A stretch of DNA of 63,472 nt, counting the filler, from Chiloscyllium plagiosum (taxonomy: Eukaryota), in NCBI RefSeq assembly GCF_004010195.1. It is 4 parts of one record of this genome, joined end to end, with 100 filler letters (N's around TTAATTAATTAA, not from the genome) between each part and the next. Parts side by side here need not be neighbours in the genome. Positions count along the whole stretch, not along the records: positions 1 to 21,842 come from NC_057711.1; 3 more parts are not named here. One strand, 5' to 3'. The notes under the pieces were generated by a model. That model was not told where the DNA came from and did not search any database. It saw only the letters and a program-made list of their open reading frames with translations. Within the stretch, counting starts at the first letter, position 1. Every line of letters begins with the position of its first letter. The position numbers were made by a program, and so were the translations under genes. Below, in pieces: positions 1 through 12,397 of this stretch.

Positions 1-254
1 GTAAAAACAATGACTGCAGATGCTGGAAACCAGATTCTGGATCAGTGGTGCTGGATCTATGCTACTCTATCCCCACCCCCACCCACCTCTAGCTTATCTC
101 TCCACGCTTCAGGCTCTCTGCCTTTATTCCTGATGAAGGACTTTTGCCCGAAACGCCGATTTTGCCTGTCCTCGGATGCTGCCTGAATTGCTGAGCTCTT
201 CCAGCACCACTGATCCAGAATCTGGTTTCCAGCATCTGCAGTCATTGTTTTTAC
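1..254. mobile_element. Penelope-derived palindromic element (inverted pLTR type) with hammerhead-like core
   Basis: Positions 1-55 and 200-254 are exact reverse complements. CTGATGA-AGGACTTTTGCCC-GAAACGCC lies at 130-157. Same family as 32348-32665 and 49170-49402. Confidence 0.8.
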
Positions 255-321
255 CTTTTTCAACTCAAAGATGACTCTTGCAAGCGAATCTCTTCAACAG
301 CATATTTTCTGTCTTCACCAC

Positions 322-794
322 TGAAATAATTCTAAGAAGCCCGCTATCCCATCATTAAGTGACCCTTTATTGAGATGTGCACAGTGCATGGCACTGACCC
401 AGCTAGCTCAGAGCCAGCTCCTGGAATGAACAGCAACCCTGACTCTCCTGTTTTTGTTTTTTTTTCTTTTTAAAAATTTCAACCCCCACACTACCACCTA
501 AGTGCGGTAGTACTTATTTTATCCCCAGCACCCATGGTGTGTGTGCGCAGGTGTGAGACACAGTGAAAGACACAAAGTGCACGAATCTTTATTCAAATTC
601 CACCACCAGGAAGATAGGGAAACACCCGGGTGGCCAGTGACAAACGCTGCCCTTCACATCAAAGGGCAATGCTGTGTGATCTGACTCTCCTGTTGATACC
701 TGCCAGGTCTGCCTGATTGGATTAAGTTAAGAGCCTCAATCAGGAATTCATATTCAATGATGTCCGCCTGACTGACTTTGTTCCAATTACTACA
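322..794 (-). mobile_element. Short solo-LTR-like element (host copy A), interrupted by a poly(A) retroposon
   Basis: On the minus strand it starts TGTAGTAATTGG and ends ATTTCA, with an internal AATAAAG. It aligns block-wise with 42542-43279 (e.g. CAGGCGGACATCATTGAATATGA vs CAGGTGGATCTCATTGACTATGA). Confidence 0.65.
453..680 (-). mobile_element. 5'-truncated poly(A) non-LTR retroposon 3' end (L1/Tx1-like by structure)
   Basis: Contains AATAAA, a (CA)n run, a terminal ACTACC..GGTAGT hairpin and an A-rich tail. 14-bp TSD CTGACTCTCCTGTT at 439-452 and 681-694. Near-identical to 42699-42915 and 42978-43149. Confidence 0.8.
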
Positions 795-1860
795 TATATA
801 AAACAAGGAAAATGAGTTTGCAGCACAGATTGAAATTGGCAAGTATGGTGTTGTGGATATCACAGACACATGGCTGTAAGGGGATCAGGACAGAGAACTA
901 AATATCAAAGAATATGCATCCTATTGAAATAACAGGCAGATGGCAGAGGGGAGCGAGGCTGTCTTGTTAGTAAGAAATAAAATTAAATCAATAACAAGCA
1001 CCAATAAAGAGTTGGAAGGCATAGAATCCGTAGGTGTAAATTTGAGGAACCACGAAGAAAAGGATTCTGGTGGATGTTATGTAGAAGCTTCCTAGCAGAA
1101 GTCAAGATGTAAGGCAGAAAAGAAGTCAGGAGACAGAAAAGACATGTAAGAAATTACAATAATCATGGGGTTCTTTAATACACAGTTGGACTGGGAAAAT
1201 TAGGTTGATAGTGGATCACAAGAAAATAATTTGTGAAATGTCTATGTGATGGTTTTGTTTGGAGTCACTTATGATAAACCCCACTTGGGAACAGACAATT
1301 CTGGATCTAATGATGTATATTTGGGCAGACTTGATTAGGGAGCTTAAGATGAAGGAATCAGTGACAATCACCCTGCATTTTGAGAGGATGAAACTGATTT
1401 CAGATGTAGCAGCATTGCAATCAGGTAAACAAAGACATGAGGAAGGAGCTGACCAGAGTTGCTTGGAAGGGGAGCCCAGCATGGAAGAGGGGGGAACAAC
1501 AGAGGCAGGATATTCTGTGGGCAATTCGGAGGCACAGCAGAAATTTCTTTTTATAGAAGAAACATACTAAGGGGAGAAGGCAACCATAGCTGACAAAGAA
1601 AAAGTCAGAAGCAGCATGAAGCAAATGAAAAAGCATGCAATTTGGTAAATATTCATTTCAGTGAATAGCAGAGTTCCGCAGAGGTTAGTGTTGAGACCAC
1701 AACTACTCACATTATGCATTAATGATCTGGTTGAAGGAACTGAGGAGCCTGTAGCTACGTTTGCAGAGGACACAAAGACAAGTGATGGACAGGTAGCATT
1801 AAGGAAAGGGGGAAGGCTACATAGGACTTGGACAGACCAGGATAGTGAGCAAAGAAGTGA
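795..1860 (+). mobile_element. Old degenerate CR1-like LINE fragments (APE and RT pieces)
   Basis: Decayed NPTWEQTILDLM (APE) and VPQRLVLRPQLLTLCINDL...FAEDTK (RT) motifs. Continues at about 3128-3759 and 6235-6490. Confidence 0.7.
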
Positions 1861-1864
1861 CAGA

Positions 1865-3127
1865 TAGAGTCATAGAGATGTACAGCATGGAAACAGACCC
1901 TTCGGTCCAACCTGTCCATGCCGACCAGATATTCCAACCCAATCTAGTCCCACCTGCCAGCACCCAGCCCATATCCCTCCAAACCCTTCCTATTCATATA
2001 CCCATCCAAATGCCTCTTAAATGTTGCAATTGTATCAGCCTCCACCACTTCCTCTGGCAGCTCATTCCATGCACGTACCACCCTCTGCATTAAAAAGTTG
2101 CCCCTGAGGTCTCTTTTATATCATTCCCCTCTCATCCTAAACCTATGCCCTCTAGTTCTGGTCTCCCCGACCCCAGGGAAAAGACTTTGCCTATTTATGC
2201 TATCCATGCCCCTCACAATTTTGTAAACCTCTATAAGGTCACCCCTCAGCCTCCGACGCTCCAGGGAAAACAGCCCCAGCCTGTTCATCCTCTCCCTATA
2301 GCTCAGATCCTCCAACCCTGGCAACATCCTTGGAAATCTTTTCTGAACCCTTTCAAGTTTCACAACATCTTTCCGATAGGAAGACTAGAATTGCATGCAA
2401 TATTCCAACAGTGGCCTAACCAATGTCCTATACAGCCGCAACATGACCTCCCAACTCCTGTACTCAATACTCTGACCAATACAGGAAAGCATACCTTCTT
2501 CACTATCGAATCTACCTGCGACTCCACTTTCAAGGAACTATGAACCTGCACTCCAAGGTCTCTTTGTTCAGCAACACTCCCTAAGACCTTACCATTAAGT
2601 GTATAAATCCTGCTAAGATTTGCTTTCCCAAAATGCAGCATCTTGCGTTTATCTGAATTAAACTCCATCTGCCACTTCTCAGCCCATCTGGTCCAGATCC
2701 TGTTGTAATCTGAGGTAACCCTCTTCGCTGTCCACTACATCTCCAATTTTGGTGTCACCTGCAAACTTACTAACTGTACCTCTTATGCTCACATCCAAAT
2801 CATTTATGTAAATGACAAAAAGTAGAGGACCCAGCACCGATCCTTGTGGCACTCCACTGGTCACAGGCCTCCAGTCTGACAAACAACCCTCCACCACCAC
2901 CCTCTGTCTTCCACCTTTGAGCCACTTCTGTATCCAATGGCTACTTCTCTATGTATTCCATAAGATCTAACCTTGCTAATCAGTCTCCCATGGGGAACCT
3001 TGTCAAATGCCTTACTGAAGTCCATATAGAACACATCTGCTGCTCGGCCCTCATCAATCCTCTTTGTTACTTCTTCAAAAAACTCAATCAAGTTTGTGAG
3101 ACATGATTTCCCACGCACAAAGCCATG
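1865..3127 (-). mobile_element. CR1/HER1-like LINE, RT C-terminal half and 3' end
   Basis: ORF pieces [52 protein letters not shown] and [14 protein letters not shown]. Short-repeat 3' tail near 1865. Confidence 0.9.
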
Positions 3128-4565
3128 AAATACAATGTCGAAAAATGTGAAGTTATGCACTTTGGTTGGAAGAATAGAGGCTAAAACTATTTTCTAAATA
3201 GGGAAGCCAGAGGATTGGGAAGCCTTCAAACATTTAAAAATCTGCAGAGGACAGCTAAATAAGCAATAAGAGTGAGGGTTAGGGGATAGTGAAGCTACAT
3301 AAAGGTAAGATAGCTAGTAACATAAAAGAAAATCACCAAAGTGTTTTGAGATATATAAAAGTTAAGAGAGAGAAGCAAGAGTGAACAATTGGACCACTGG
3401 ACATTCAGGCCAGACAAGTAGTATTGGGGAACAAAGAAATTGCAAAGGAACTGAATAGTTATTTTGTATCAGTCTTCATGGTGCAAAGCAGTAGCAGCAT
3501 ACCAGAACTTCAAGAGAGTCAGGGGACTGAGATACGTTTGGTGGCTGAGTCAGCATGGTTTCATCAAGGGAAGGTCATGCCTGATAAATCATTTAGAATA
3601 CTTTGAGGAGGTAATGTGCAAGTTACACAAGGGACAGCCAGTGGATGTGATCTGTTTAGATGTCCAGAAGACCTTTGACAAGGTGCCATCCAGGAGGCTG
3701 CTAAATAAGATGAGTGAGGTTTCAGAAATCTGAAGCACAAAGGCACATAGGAGTCTCAGTGTGATGATACTTTGCCTTTTAAGAGATGTTCTGTCCTATT
3801 TCTCTTGAAGAAGGGTATTAACACCATTGTGATGACATATCTGCTTCAGAAGTAGTGGGTACACCGCTTTGAGCTTCCTAGGTAATCTTCTTATATTAGA
3901 CAAAAGAAGCATGAATACTTGGAGTCAGGCTCACACTGACCCAGGATTTTAGTTTTGCTTTCAGGTGGGATTTTGAAGTTGAAGCTGATAATCACAGCTC
4001 TCTCTCTCTGCTGCAGCAAAAAGCTTGAATACTCTCTTTGCTGCTAAATTGTTTCTTTCAGTGTTCCTTTCTCCTGGACTGGTGATAGCCCATGGGGACA
4101 ATCTGCTTTGCTGAATTTGTCCTTGCCAAAGACAATGCTGCTACATTAGAAAAGTTGATTAATGGTTAAACAGTATATATTATTTAAATTATTTTCGATA
4201 GAGTTAAGTTATGCCAATTTTTTTTTGTTTGCATTTTAACTGTATTGTTCAAATCAAGTGTGTTTTGCTTAAAGCCGATTAGTGGACCAATCAAACCACA
4301 TCTGAAACACAGTGCTTTACACTTGCTTTAAAATAAAAATAAAGTTAGGGTCCAGGCCATTTCTTGATACATATTGACCGGGGTTGGCCTCGTCCTAAAC
4401 AAACTGGGGGCTCTGGCCAGGATCAAAATCTCGAATTCCATTTTGAGTTTAGGATTATTGGATTCAGACACTGAGTGATGAATGTTGGTGTTATCTTTTC
4501 AGGTGTTACATTCAGTTGGTTTAAATAAGGAGTGTCTTGTGTGGAAGAAGTAATTTGGGATGGTT

Positions 4566-5733
4566 TAATAGAACATACAACATTACAATGCAGTACAGGC
4601 CCTTTATCCCTGGATGTTGCGTTGACATGTGAAATCTTATTTGTCTCAATTAGGTCACCTCTCAATCTTCTTCTCTCTAATGAAAACAGACTCGAGTTCT
4701 TCAGCCTTTTCTCCATACCAGGCAACATTCTAGTAAATCTCTTCTGAACCCTTTCTAAAGCTCCTACATCCTTCCTATAATGCAGTGACCAGAACTGTAT
4801 GCAATACTCCAAATGCGGCCGCACCAGAGTTTTGTACAGCTGCAGCATGGTTCTGAAAGTCAATCCCCCTATTCATAAAAGCTAAACACCGTATGCCTTC
4901 TTAACAACCCTATAAATCTGGATAGCAACTTTCAGGGATTGATGGACATGGACACCAAGATCCCTCTGCTCATCTACAATACCAAGAATCTTATCATTCG
5001 CCCAGTGCTCTGAATTCCTCATGCTCCTTCCAAAGTGAATCACCTCACACTTTTCCACATTAAACTCCATTTTCCACCCGTCAGCCCAGTTCTGCAGCTT
5101 ATCTATGTCCCTCTGTAACCTACAACATCCTTGTGCACTATTCACAACTCCACCAGCCTTAGTGTCATCCCCACATTTACTAACCCATTCTTCTATGCTC
5201 TCATCCAGGTCATTTATAAAAATGACAAACAGCAGTGGACCCAAAACGAATCCTTGTGTTACACCACTAGTAACTGAATTCCAGGATGAATATTTCCCAT
5301 CAACCACCACCCTCTGTCTTGTTTCAGTGGGCAAATTTCTGATCCAAACCACTAAATCACTCTCAATCCCATGCCTCCGTATTTTATGCAATAGCCTATA
5401 TTCAAAGTTTGTGCGAAGATTTGTAGCTCGGGTGCTCGTTGTTGTGGTTCTGTTCGCCGAGCTGGAAGTTTTTGTTGCAAACGTTTCGTCCCCTGGCTAG
5501 GCGACATCATCAGTGCCTGGGAGCCTCCTGCGAAGCGCTTCTTTGATGTTTCCTCCGGTGTTTATAGTGGTGACCACTATAAACACCGGAGGAAACATCA
5601 AAGAAGCGCTTCGCAGGAGGCTCCCAAGCACTGATGATGTCGCCTAGCCAGGGGACGAAACGTTTGCAACAAAAACTTCCAGCTCGGCGAACAGAACCAC
5701 AACATAGCCTATATGTGGGGAACCTTATCAAAA
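4566..5733 (-). mobile_element. CR1-like LINE RT fragment nested in the LTR element
   Basis: ORFs 4882-5391 and 4423-4863 carry SGVTQGFVLGPLLF, DDTK and [14 protein letters not shown]. Confidence 0.88.
5401..5703. mobile_element. Near-perfect palindromic Penelope-derived element with two opposed hammerhead cores
   Basis: Arms at about 5441-5571 and 5573-5703 are reverse complements. GCA-CTGATGA-TGTCGCC-TAGCCA-GGGGAC-GAAACGTT-TGC at 5628-5667. TSD ATAGCCTATA at 5391-5400 and 5704-5713. Confidence 0.85.
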
Positions 5734-6494
5734 GGTAAGGCACTGCTTTCTGAATTGGCAGACAAATGAAATTGCCTGTGCTAGTGAGGAAAGGAGAGAA
5801 ATTGCAGCAATGGCTCAGCATTTATAATTGTCAGAAATTCAAGTGGAATAACTGGAAATGGATAAAATTCAATTGCAAATGAAGCAGCTTAAATTTGAGG
5901 CAAAAGCAAAAGAGAAAGAGATAATTGGAGCAGAACAAGCAGCAAAATAATTAAAACAGCTTGAATATGAGAAAGGAATGAAACAGTTTGAGTTACAATC
6001 GAAAGCAGTAGCAAAAAGAAAAAGAAAGAATAGCCCAAGGAGAAGAAAGGGATAAAGAGAGAAGAAAGGGAGAAAGAGAGAACATTTGAACTTCAGAAGT
6101 TGAGACTGAAAAGTAAATGCCGACTTAAAATGGAGGAAATAAAGGTAAAAGGTGGGGGTGGTGAAGAGGACAGTGATGAAGACCAAACCCATTGTAGCCA
6201 AAGGCCTGGTGAAGATCTGGTATGATCCATAACACTAGTAAAGGATTCTCTCGGGGTTAACATGAAGGACCAGTAGGAAGGCCAAGGGCAATGTTAGCAT
6301 TTATTTAAACTCAGCTGAAATCCAAGAGATAATGAAGCTGCATTAGGCTCTGGTCAGACTGCATTTGGAATACTGTCAGCAGTTTTTGGCCCCATATCTA
6401 AGGAAGTATGTGCTAGCATTGGAGAGGACGTTTCCAAGAATGATCCCAGGGAAGAAAGGCTTGTTATATGAGGTGCAGTTGAGGACTCTAACCT

Positions 6495-9400
6495 TACAGT
6501 TATCGAGTTGTACACCATGGAAACAAACGCTTCAGTTCAAATCGTCTATGCCGACCAGGTATCTTAAAGTAATCTACTCTAATTTGCGAGCATTTGGTTC
6601 ATCTCCCTCTTAATCCTTCCTATTCACGTACCAATCCAGATGCCTTTTAAATGATGTAATTGTATCGAACTCCATGACTTCCTCTGGCATCTTATTCCAT
6701 ATACGCACCACCCTCTGTTTGAAAACGTTGTCCCTTAGGTCCCTTTTATATCTTCTCCACTCACCTTAAACTTATGCCTGCTAGTTTTTGACTCCCCTAC
6801 CCTGGGAAAAAGACCCTAACTGTTCATTTATAATCATCTACAATGGAATAAGTTGATTAGTGATAGTCAATATGGTTTTGTGAAGGGTAGGTGAGATTAA
6901 GTTCTTTGAGAAAGTAACCATACAGGTGGATGAGGGTAAAGCAGTAACTTGGGATAGTTTAATTGAACATAGAACATTTCAGTAAGGTATTTGTTAAGGT
7001 TCCCCATGATAGACTATTGCACTAAATACCGAGACATGGGATTGAGGGTGATTTTGTGGTTTGGATCAGAAATTGGCTAGCTGAACGAAAACAGAGGATG
7101 GTGATTGATGGGAGATATTCATCCTGGAATTCAGGTATTCGTGGTGTGCCACAAGGATCTGTTTTGGGGCCATTGCTGTTGTCATTTTTAGAAATGACCT
7201 GGATGAGGGTGTATAAGTTTGGGTTAGTAAATTTGGGGATAACACTAAGGTCACTACAGCTGTGGATAGTGCCAAAGAATGTTGCAGGTAACAGAGGGAC
7301 ACAGATAAACTGCAGTGCTAGCCTGAGAAGTGGAAAATGAAGTTTAGTGTAGAAAAGTGTGAGGTGATTCACTTTTAAAGAGGAATAAAGAGTACTGGGC
7401 TAATGGTAAAATTCTTGGATGTGCAGATGAGCAGAGAGATCTTGGTGTCCATGTGCATCGATCCCTGAAAGTTGCAACCCAGGTTGATAGGATTGTTAAG
7501 AAGGCAGACATTGTGATAGCTTTTATTGGTAGAGAGATTGACTTTCGGAATCATGAGGTCATGCTGCAGTTGTACAAAACTGGTGTGGCCACACTTTGGA
7601 ATATTGCATACAGTTCGGGTCACCACATTACAGGAAGGATGTGGAAGCATTGGAAAGGGTTCAGAGGAGATTTACTAGGATGTTGCCTAGTATGGAGAAA
7701 AGGTCTTGTGAGGAAAGGCTGAGGGAACTGAGTCTGTTTTCGTTAGAGAAAGTTGAGAGGTGACTTACTTGAGACATATAAGATAATCAGAGGGTTAGAT
7801 AGATTGTACAGTGAGAGCCTCTTTCCTCAGATGGTGATGACTAGCATGAGGAGACATAGCTTTAAAATGAGGGGTGATAGATATAGGACAGATGTCAGAG
7901 GTAGTTTCCTTACTCAGAGAGTAGTAGGTACATGGAACATCCTGCCTACAACAATAGTAGACTCGCAAACTTTAAGGGCATTTGAATGGTCATTGGATAA
8001 ACATATGGATGAAAATGGTATAGTGTAGGTTACATGGGCTTCAAATTACTTCCACATGTCAGCGCAACATTGAGGACCAAAGAGACTGTACTGCGCTATA
8101 ATGTTCTATGTTTTATCCTATCTATATCATTATTTTTTAAACCTCAATAAGGTCATGAGTCAGCTAACTCCGCTCCTGGGAAAATAGTCCCAGCCTATTC
8201 AGCCTCTCCATATAGCTCAAACTCTCCAAACCCAGTAACATTCCTGTAAATCTTTTCTGATTCCTTTCAAGATATCAACATCTTTCCTATAGCAGGGAGA
8301 CCAGAATTGAACACAGACTTCCAAAACCACATAACCAATGTCTTGTACAGCTGCAACATGACATTACAGCTCCTATACTCAATGAACTGACCAATAAAGG
8401 CTAGCCTTCTCCACTATCCCATCTATCTATGACTCCACTTTCAAGTAACAATGAGCCTGCACTCCAAGGTATCTTTGTTCCCTACCATGAGGTGTATAAG
8501 TCCTGTCATGATTTACCTTACCAAGATGCAAAACCTACAATTATCTAAATTAAACTTCATCTGTCATTCCTCGGCCCATGTGCCCATCTGATCAAGGCCC
8601 TATTGTACTCTGAGACAACCTTCTTCACTGTCCACTACAACACTGATTTTAGTATCATCTGTTCACCTACTAACCATACCTGGTATATTCACATCCGAAT
8701 CATTGACATGAATGACTCAGCACCAATCGTTGCATCACACCACAGGTCACAGGCCTCCAGTCCAAAAAACAACCCTTCACCACTACCGTCTGCCTGCTAC
8801 CTTCAAGCCAATTTTGTATACAATTGGCTAGCTCACCCTGGATTCCATATGATCTAACCTTGTTAACCAGTCTACCATGCAGGACACTGTCACATGTCTT
8901 GTTGAAATCCATAAGGACAACGTCCACCACTCTGTTTTCATCAATCTTCTTTGTCATTTCATATAAGACACGATTTCCCATGCAAAAAGCCACGTTCATT
9001 ATTCTTAATCAGTCATTGCTTTTCAAAATACATGTAAATCCTGTTCCTTAGAAACCCCTCCAACAAATTACCCACTATTGCTGTACACGATAGAGTTTAG
9101 AAGGATGTGGAGAATCTCACTGAAACTTACAGAATACTGAGAGGATGGGACAGAGTGAACATGGAGATCATGTTTTTCCTACTAGGAAAGACCAGAACCT
9201 GAGGCACAGCCTCAGAGTGAAGGAATGACTTTTTAAAACTGAGATGAAGGGAATTTCCTCAGCCAAAGGGTGATGGATCTGAAAAACTCAGAAGGCTGTG
9301 GTGGCCAAGTCATTGAGTGCATTTGAGGCAGGGATGGATATGTTCCGTTTTAATAAGGGGATCAAAGTTGCAGGGAGAAGTGGGAGAAAGTGAGGACTGC

Positions 9401-9750
9401 AAATGCTGGAGATCAGAATTGAAAAATGTGTTGCTGGAAAAGTGCAGCAAGTCAGGCAGCATCCAAGGAGTAGGAGAATTGACGTTCCGGGCATAAGCCC
9501 TTCTTCAGGAATCAGCAGGAGAACCGACATTTTGGGTATAAGCCCTTCTTCAGGAATGTGAAGGGCCTATGCCCGAAACGTCGATTCTCCTGCGGATTCC
9601 TGAAGAAGGGCTTATGCCCGAAACGTCGATTCTCCTGCTCCTGGGAGAAGGTGGGAGAATGGGGTTGAGAAACAAAGCAGGTTTGATTGAATGGCAGAGC
9701 ATACCCAATGGGCCAAGTGGCCTAATTCTACTTCTATATGGTCTTACATT
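6495..9750. mobile_element. Cluster of CR1-like LINE 3' fragments in alternating orientation (- 6495-6825, + 6826-8112, - 8113-9080, + 9080-9750)
   Basis: Repeated RT motifs (GVPQGSVLGPLL, MRGDLLETYKII, FLTQRVVGTWN) and CR1-type 3' tails. Confidence 0.85.
9383..9642. mobile_element. Penelope-derived palindromic element with tandem hammerhead-like cores in each arm
   Basis: Minus-strand cores at about 9481-9509 and 9527-9554. Plus-strand cores at about 9560-9583 (partial) and 9600-9628 (CTGAAGA-AGGGCTTATGCCC-GAAACGTC). Flanked by GGGAGAAG repeats. Confidence 0.75.
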
Positions 9751-9927
9751 CTTAGTTTCTCATTCTCAAACTGAATGTTAAATTCTATCATGTTATAATC
9801 ACTACTTCCTAAGGATTCATTTATTTTCAGGTAATTTGTTAAATCTATCTGATTATCTGCTACCAGATCCAAGATAGCCTGTTTTGCGATTTGTTCCATG
9901 AACATTACCATCTTTTCCAACTTGATT

Positions 9928-10257
9928 GGGGGTGGCTAAGTGGTTAGCACTTGTTCCTCACAGTTCCAGTGACACATGTTCAAATCCACCCCCAGGTGAC
10001 TGTCAATGTGGAGTTTGCAAATTTTCCCTGTGTTTGTGTGGGTTTCCTCCAAGTGCTCTTGTTTCCTCCCACAGTCCAAAGATGTTCAGGTTAGATGGAA
10101 CGGCCATACTGAATTGCTCATCGTGTCCAAGGATGTGTAGGTTAGATAGATTAGCCATAGGAAATACAGATATTGGGTGGGATGCTCAGAGGGTTGATGG
10201 GCCAAATCCTGTTCCTTAGAATCCCCTCCTGCTTCCACATTGTCGGGATTCTATGAT
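9928..10257 (+). mobile_element. tRNA-derived V-SINE (HE1-like)
   Basis: A-box GTGGCTAAGTGG and B-box GTTCAAATCC, then the V-domain-like TGTGGAGTTTGCA...GGTTTCCTCC...CCCACAGTCCAAA. Confidence 0.8.
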
Positions 10258-10630
10258 TAATCCAACTAAAATTATCCATAATTATTCCTCTAATCATTCT
10301 ACATGCTCCAATTATTTGTTGTAATTTCATCTTTTATTAACAGTACAAGCCTACTACCTTTTCCTTCCCTTCTGTCTTTCTGAAAGGGCAAATATTCCTG
10401 AATAAGTTCCCAGTTCCGATCTCCTTGCAACATACATCTTCATCCATAAATCACCAAAGGCTATCAATTTGAGCAGATCATCGAGGGGGAACCAGAATAT
10501 TGGCCTTTATTTCAAAGAGAACGGGCTATACAAATATGAAGTGAAGGTGCCAGCTTTAGACTAGGATGGACAAGGTCAGAAGGCACATGACACCAGGTTA
10601 TAGTCCAACAGGTTTATTTGAAATTACAAG

Positions 10631-11775
10631 TGTTATGAAATCGAAAGAATGTATGCTGCTAGAACAGAACAGCTAAGAAACGGACTATCCAAAATAGATA
10701 CAGATAGCAAATGGCTGTTAAATGGATAACTGAGTTTTAGTTGCCGCTTGCAGGAAAAACAAAAGACCCAGTGAGAAGACAGCAGAATCAGAAGACCAGC
10801 ATGAAGACAACATACAGACTATGTGGACATGAGATTAAGTTAATGCAATGTTTAATAACTGTGTTATTGGAATTATCACAGCATTGGGGTCAGATAATTA
10901 GTTAAGTGTTGTGAAGATGTGGGTGTACTGTCCCCTTAAGAGAGTTAGAAGCCTGCAGAACTATCGGACACAGCACCAAGTGTTCTCAATAAGGTGAAAA
11001 TGTAACACTTGGTCGACCAACTCGATTAGCCGGTTGCCTGGAGACAAAAACAAATTCAAATTCGGCCAATCAGTTTAAAGTAGACCCCAAAATACCAACC
11101 TCCAATCTAGTTTGAATTGAGTATATTGACAATCTTAAAAGCCAATGACACAACCAATGCTTTGGGGGTATAAGACCAGGGAAAATTGAACAGCTAGGAG
11201 GAGAACTGCCAAGGCAGCATCTGCAAACTGCCCAGAGAATAGCTCTCTTAAAGGCACCTTCATCCATCAGTAACCATTAAAGCAGAATCCCCAAGAAGAA
11301 GACAGGAATACAGAGAAGAACCGAAAGCTGTCTGGTTTTGAGATAAGAAGTTTTGTTTTGTATATGTTAATTGGGAGTTTTATCAGACTATTATTATAGA
11401 AGGGAAGGTAAAAGATAGGTTTGAGAAAGGAGTTGTAAATAGTTGTAAGTTAATTATTCTCTGTTATACTTTAAGAAATAAAGTTGTTAATTTTTACTTT
11501 TAATAATTCTTAATTTTCACAGAATACGGCACTAAATAAATCTTTTCTGTGTTGCGGGTTTTAAGTTAGCAGAGGGGTTTACCCCATATCGTAACAGTTT
11601 GGGGGCTCATCCGTAACATAAGAAACTTGTTAACAGTTTTTGCTTAGTGTTCACTATTAGAGTTCGGAAAATAAATTGTTATTTTTCTTTAAATAATGGA
11701 AATTAAGAGTTGTCTTTCACTTTGAAGGGTGTTTCGTTTTAATTAGCAGAGGGGTTCAACCTACACGTCCTAACA
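10631..11775 (+). mobile_element. Solo LTR (outer)
   Basis: TGTTATG...CTAACA termini. 4-bp TSD CAAG at 10627-10630 and 11776-11779. Confidence 0.8.
10907..11618 (+). mobile_element. Solo LTR (inner) with tRNA-Pro-like PBS remnant
   Basis: TGTTGTG...GTAACA termini with TSD TAAG at 10903-10906 and 11619-11622. TGGGGGCTCATCC at 11600-11612. Its 5' end resembles the LTR at 53534-54363. Confidence 0.8.
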
Positions 11776-12242
11776 CAAGCTTTTGCAGCACTGGTCAGGT
11801 GATGAAGGAGCAGTGCTACGAAATTGTGACTTCAAATAAACCTGTTAGACTATAACCTGGTGCCATGTGACTTCTGAGCTTTTGAAAATATGGATGACTT
11901 GCTAAAACTATATAAGGGACTAGTTAGACCACATCTGGAACTGTGAACAATTCTAACCCCTTATATAAGGAGAGATATATACGATTGAGATGTATGGAAT
12001 TATGATTTGCATAGATAGGGTAGACAGGATGAAACTTTTCCTCTTGATGGAGGGATCAATGACCAGGCAGCTTATATTTAAGGTAAGGACAGAAGTTTTA
12101 GAGAAGATGTGAGAAAAAACATTTTCACCCAGAGGGTGGTGGGAATCTTGAACTCATCGCACATAAAGGCGAAAGAGGCATAAACCCTCATAACAATTAA
12201 TAAGTATTTAGTCATGCATTTGCAACGCCATGTGATTAGCAA

Positions 12243-12397
12243 TGGCATGGTGGCCCAGTGGTTAGCAATGCTGCCTCACAGCACCAGGGACCTGGGTTCA
12301 ATTTCAACCTAAGATGACTATCTGCGTGGAATTTGCACATTCTCCCTGTGTCTGCGTGGATTTCCTCCAGATGCTCCAGGTTCCTCCCACAGTCCAG
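12243..12397 (+). mobile_element. HE1/V-SINE 5' fragment
   Basis: GTGGCCCAGTGGTTAGC...GGGTTCAATT tRNA-like head plus V-domain. Confidence 0.78.

Larger units (their letters stand above)
3760..6234 (+). mobile_element. Internally deleted Gypsy-type LTR element: 5' LTR 3760-4401, tRNA-Pro-like PBS, gag-like coiled-coil remnant about 5734-6215
   Basis: TGTGATG...TAAACA boundaries and TGGGGGCTC at 4405-4413. A K/E-rich decayed frame reads QLQMKQLKFEAKAKEKE. The element ends ...CCATAACA at 6234, where the host CR1 resumes. Confidence 0.6.
10576..11877. mobile_element. Palindromic Penelope-type element split by nested LTRs
   Basis: Left arm TCAGAAGGCACATGACACCAGGTTATAGTCCAACAGGTTTATTTGAA (10576-10622) is the reverse complement of 11831-11877. 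Degenerate GTGATGA-AGGAGCAGTGCTAC-GAAA at about 11799-11823. Confidence 0.65.

Noticed and set aside
9928..10000. tRNA genes at SINE heads (also 12243, 34752, 36210)
   Set aside because: The A/B boxes run directly into V-domain SINE bodies with no complete cloverleaf.
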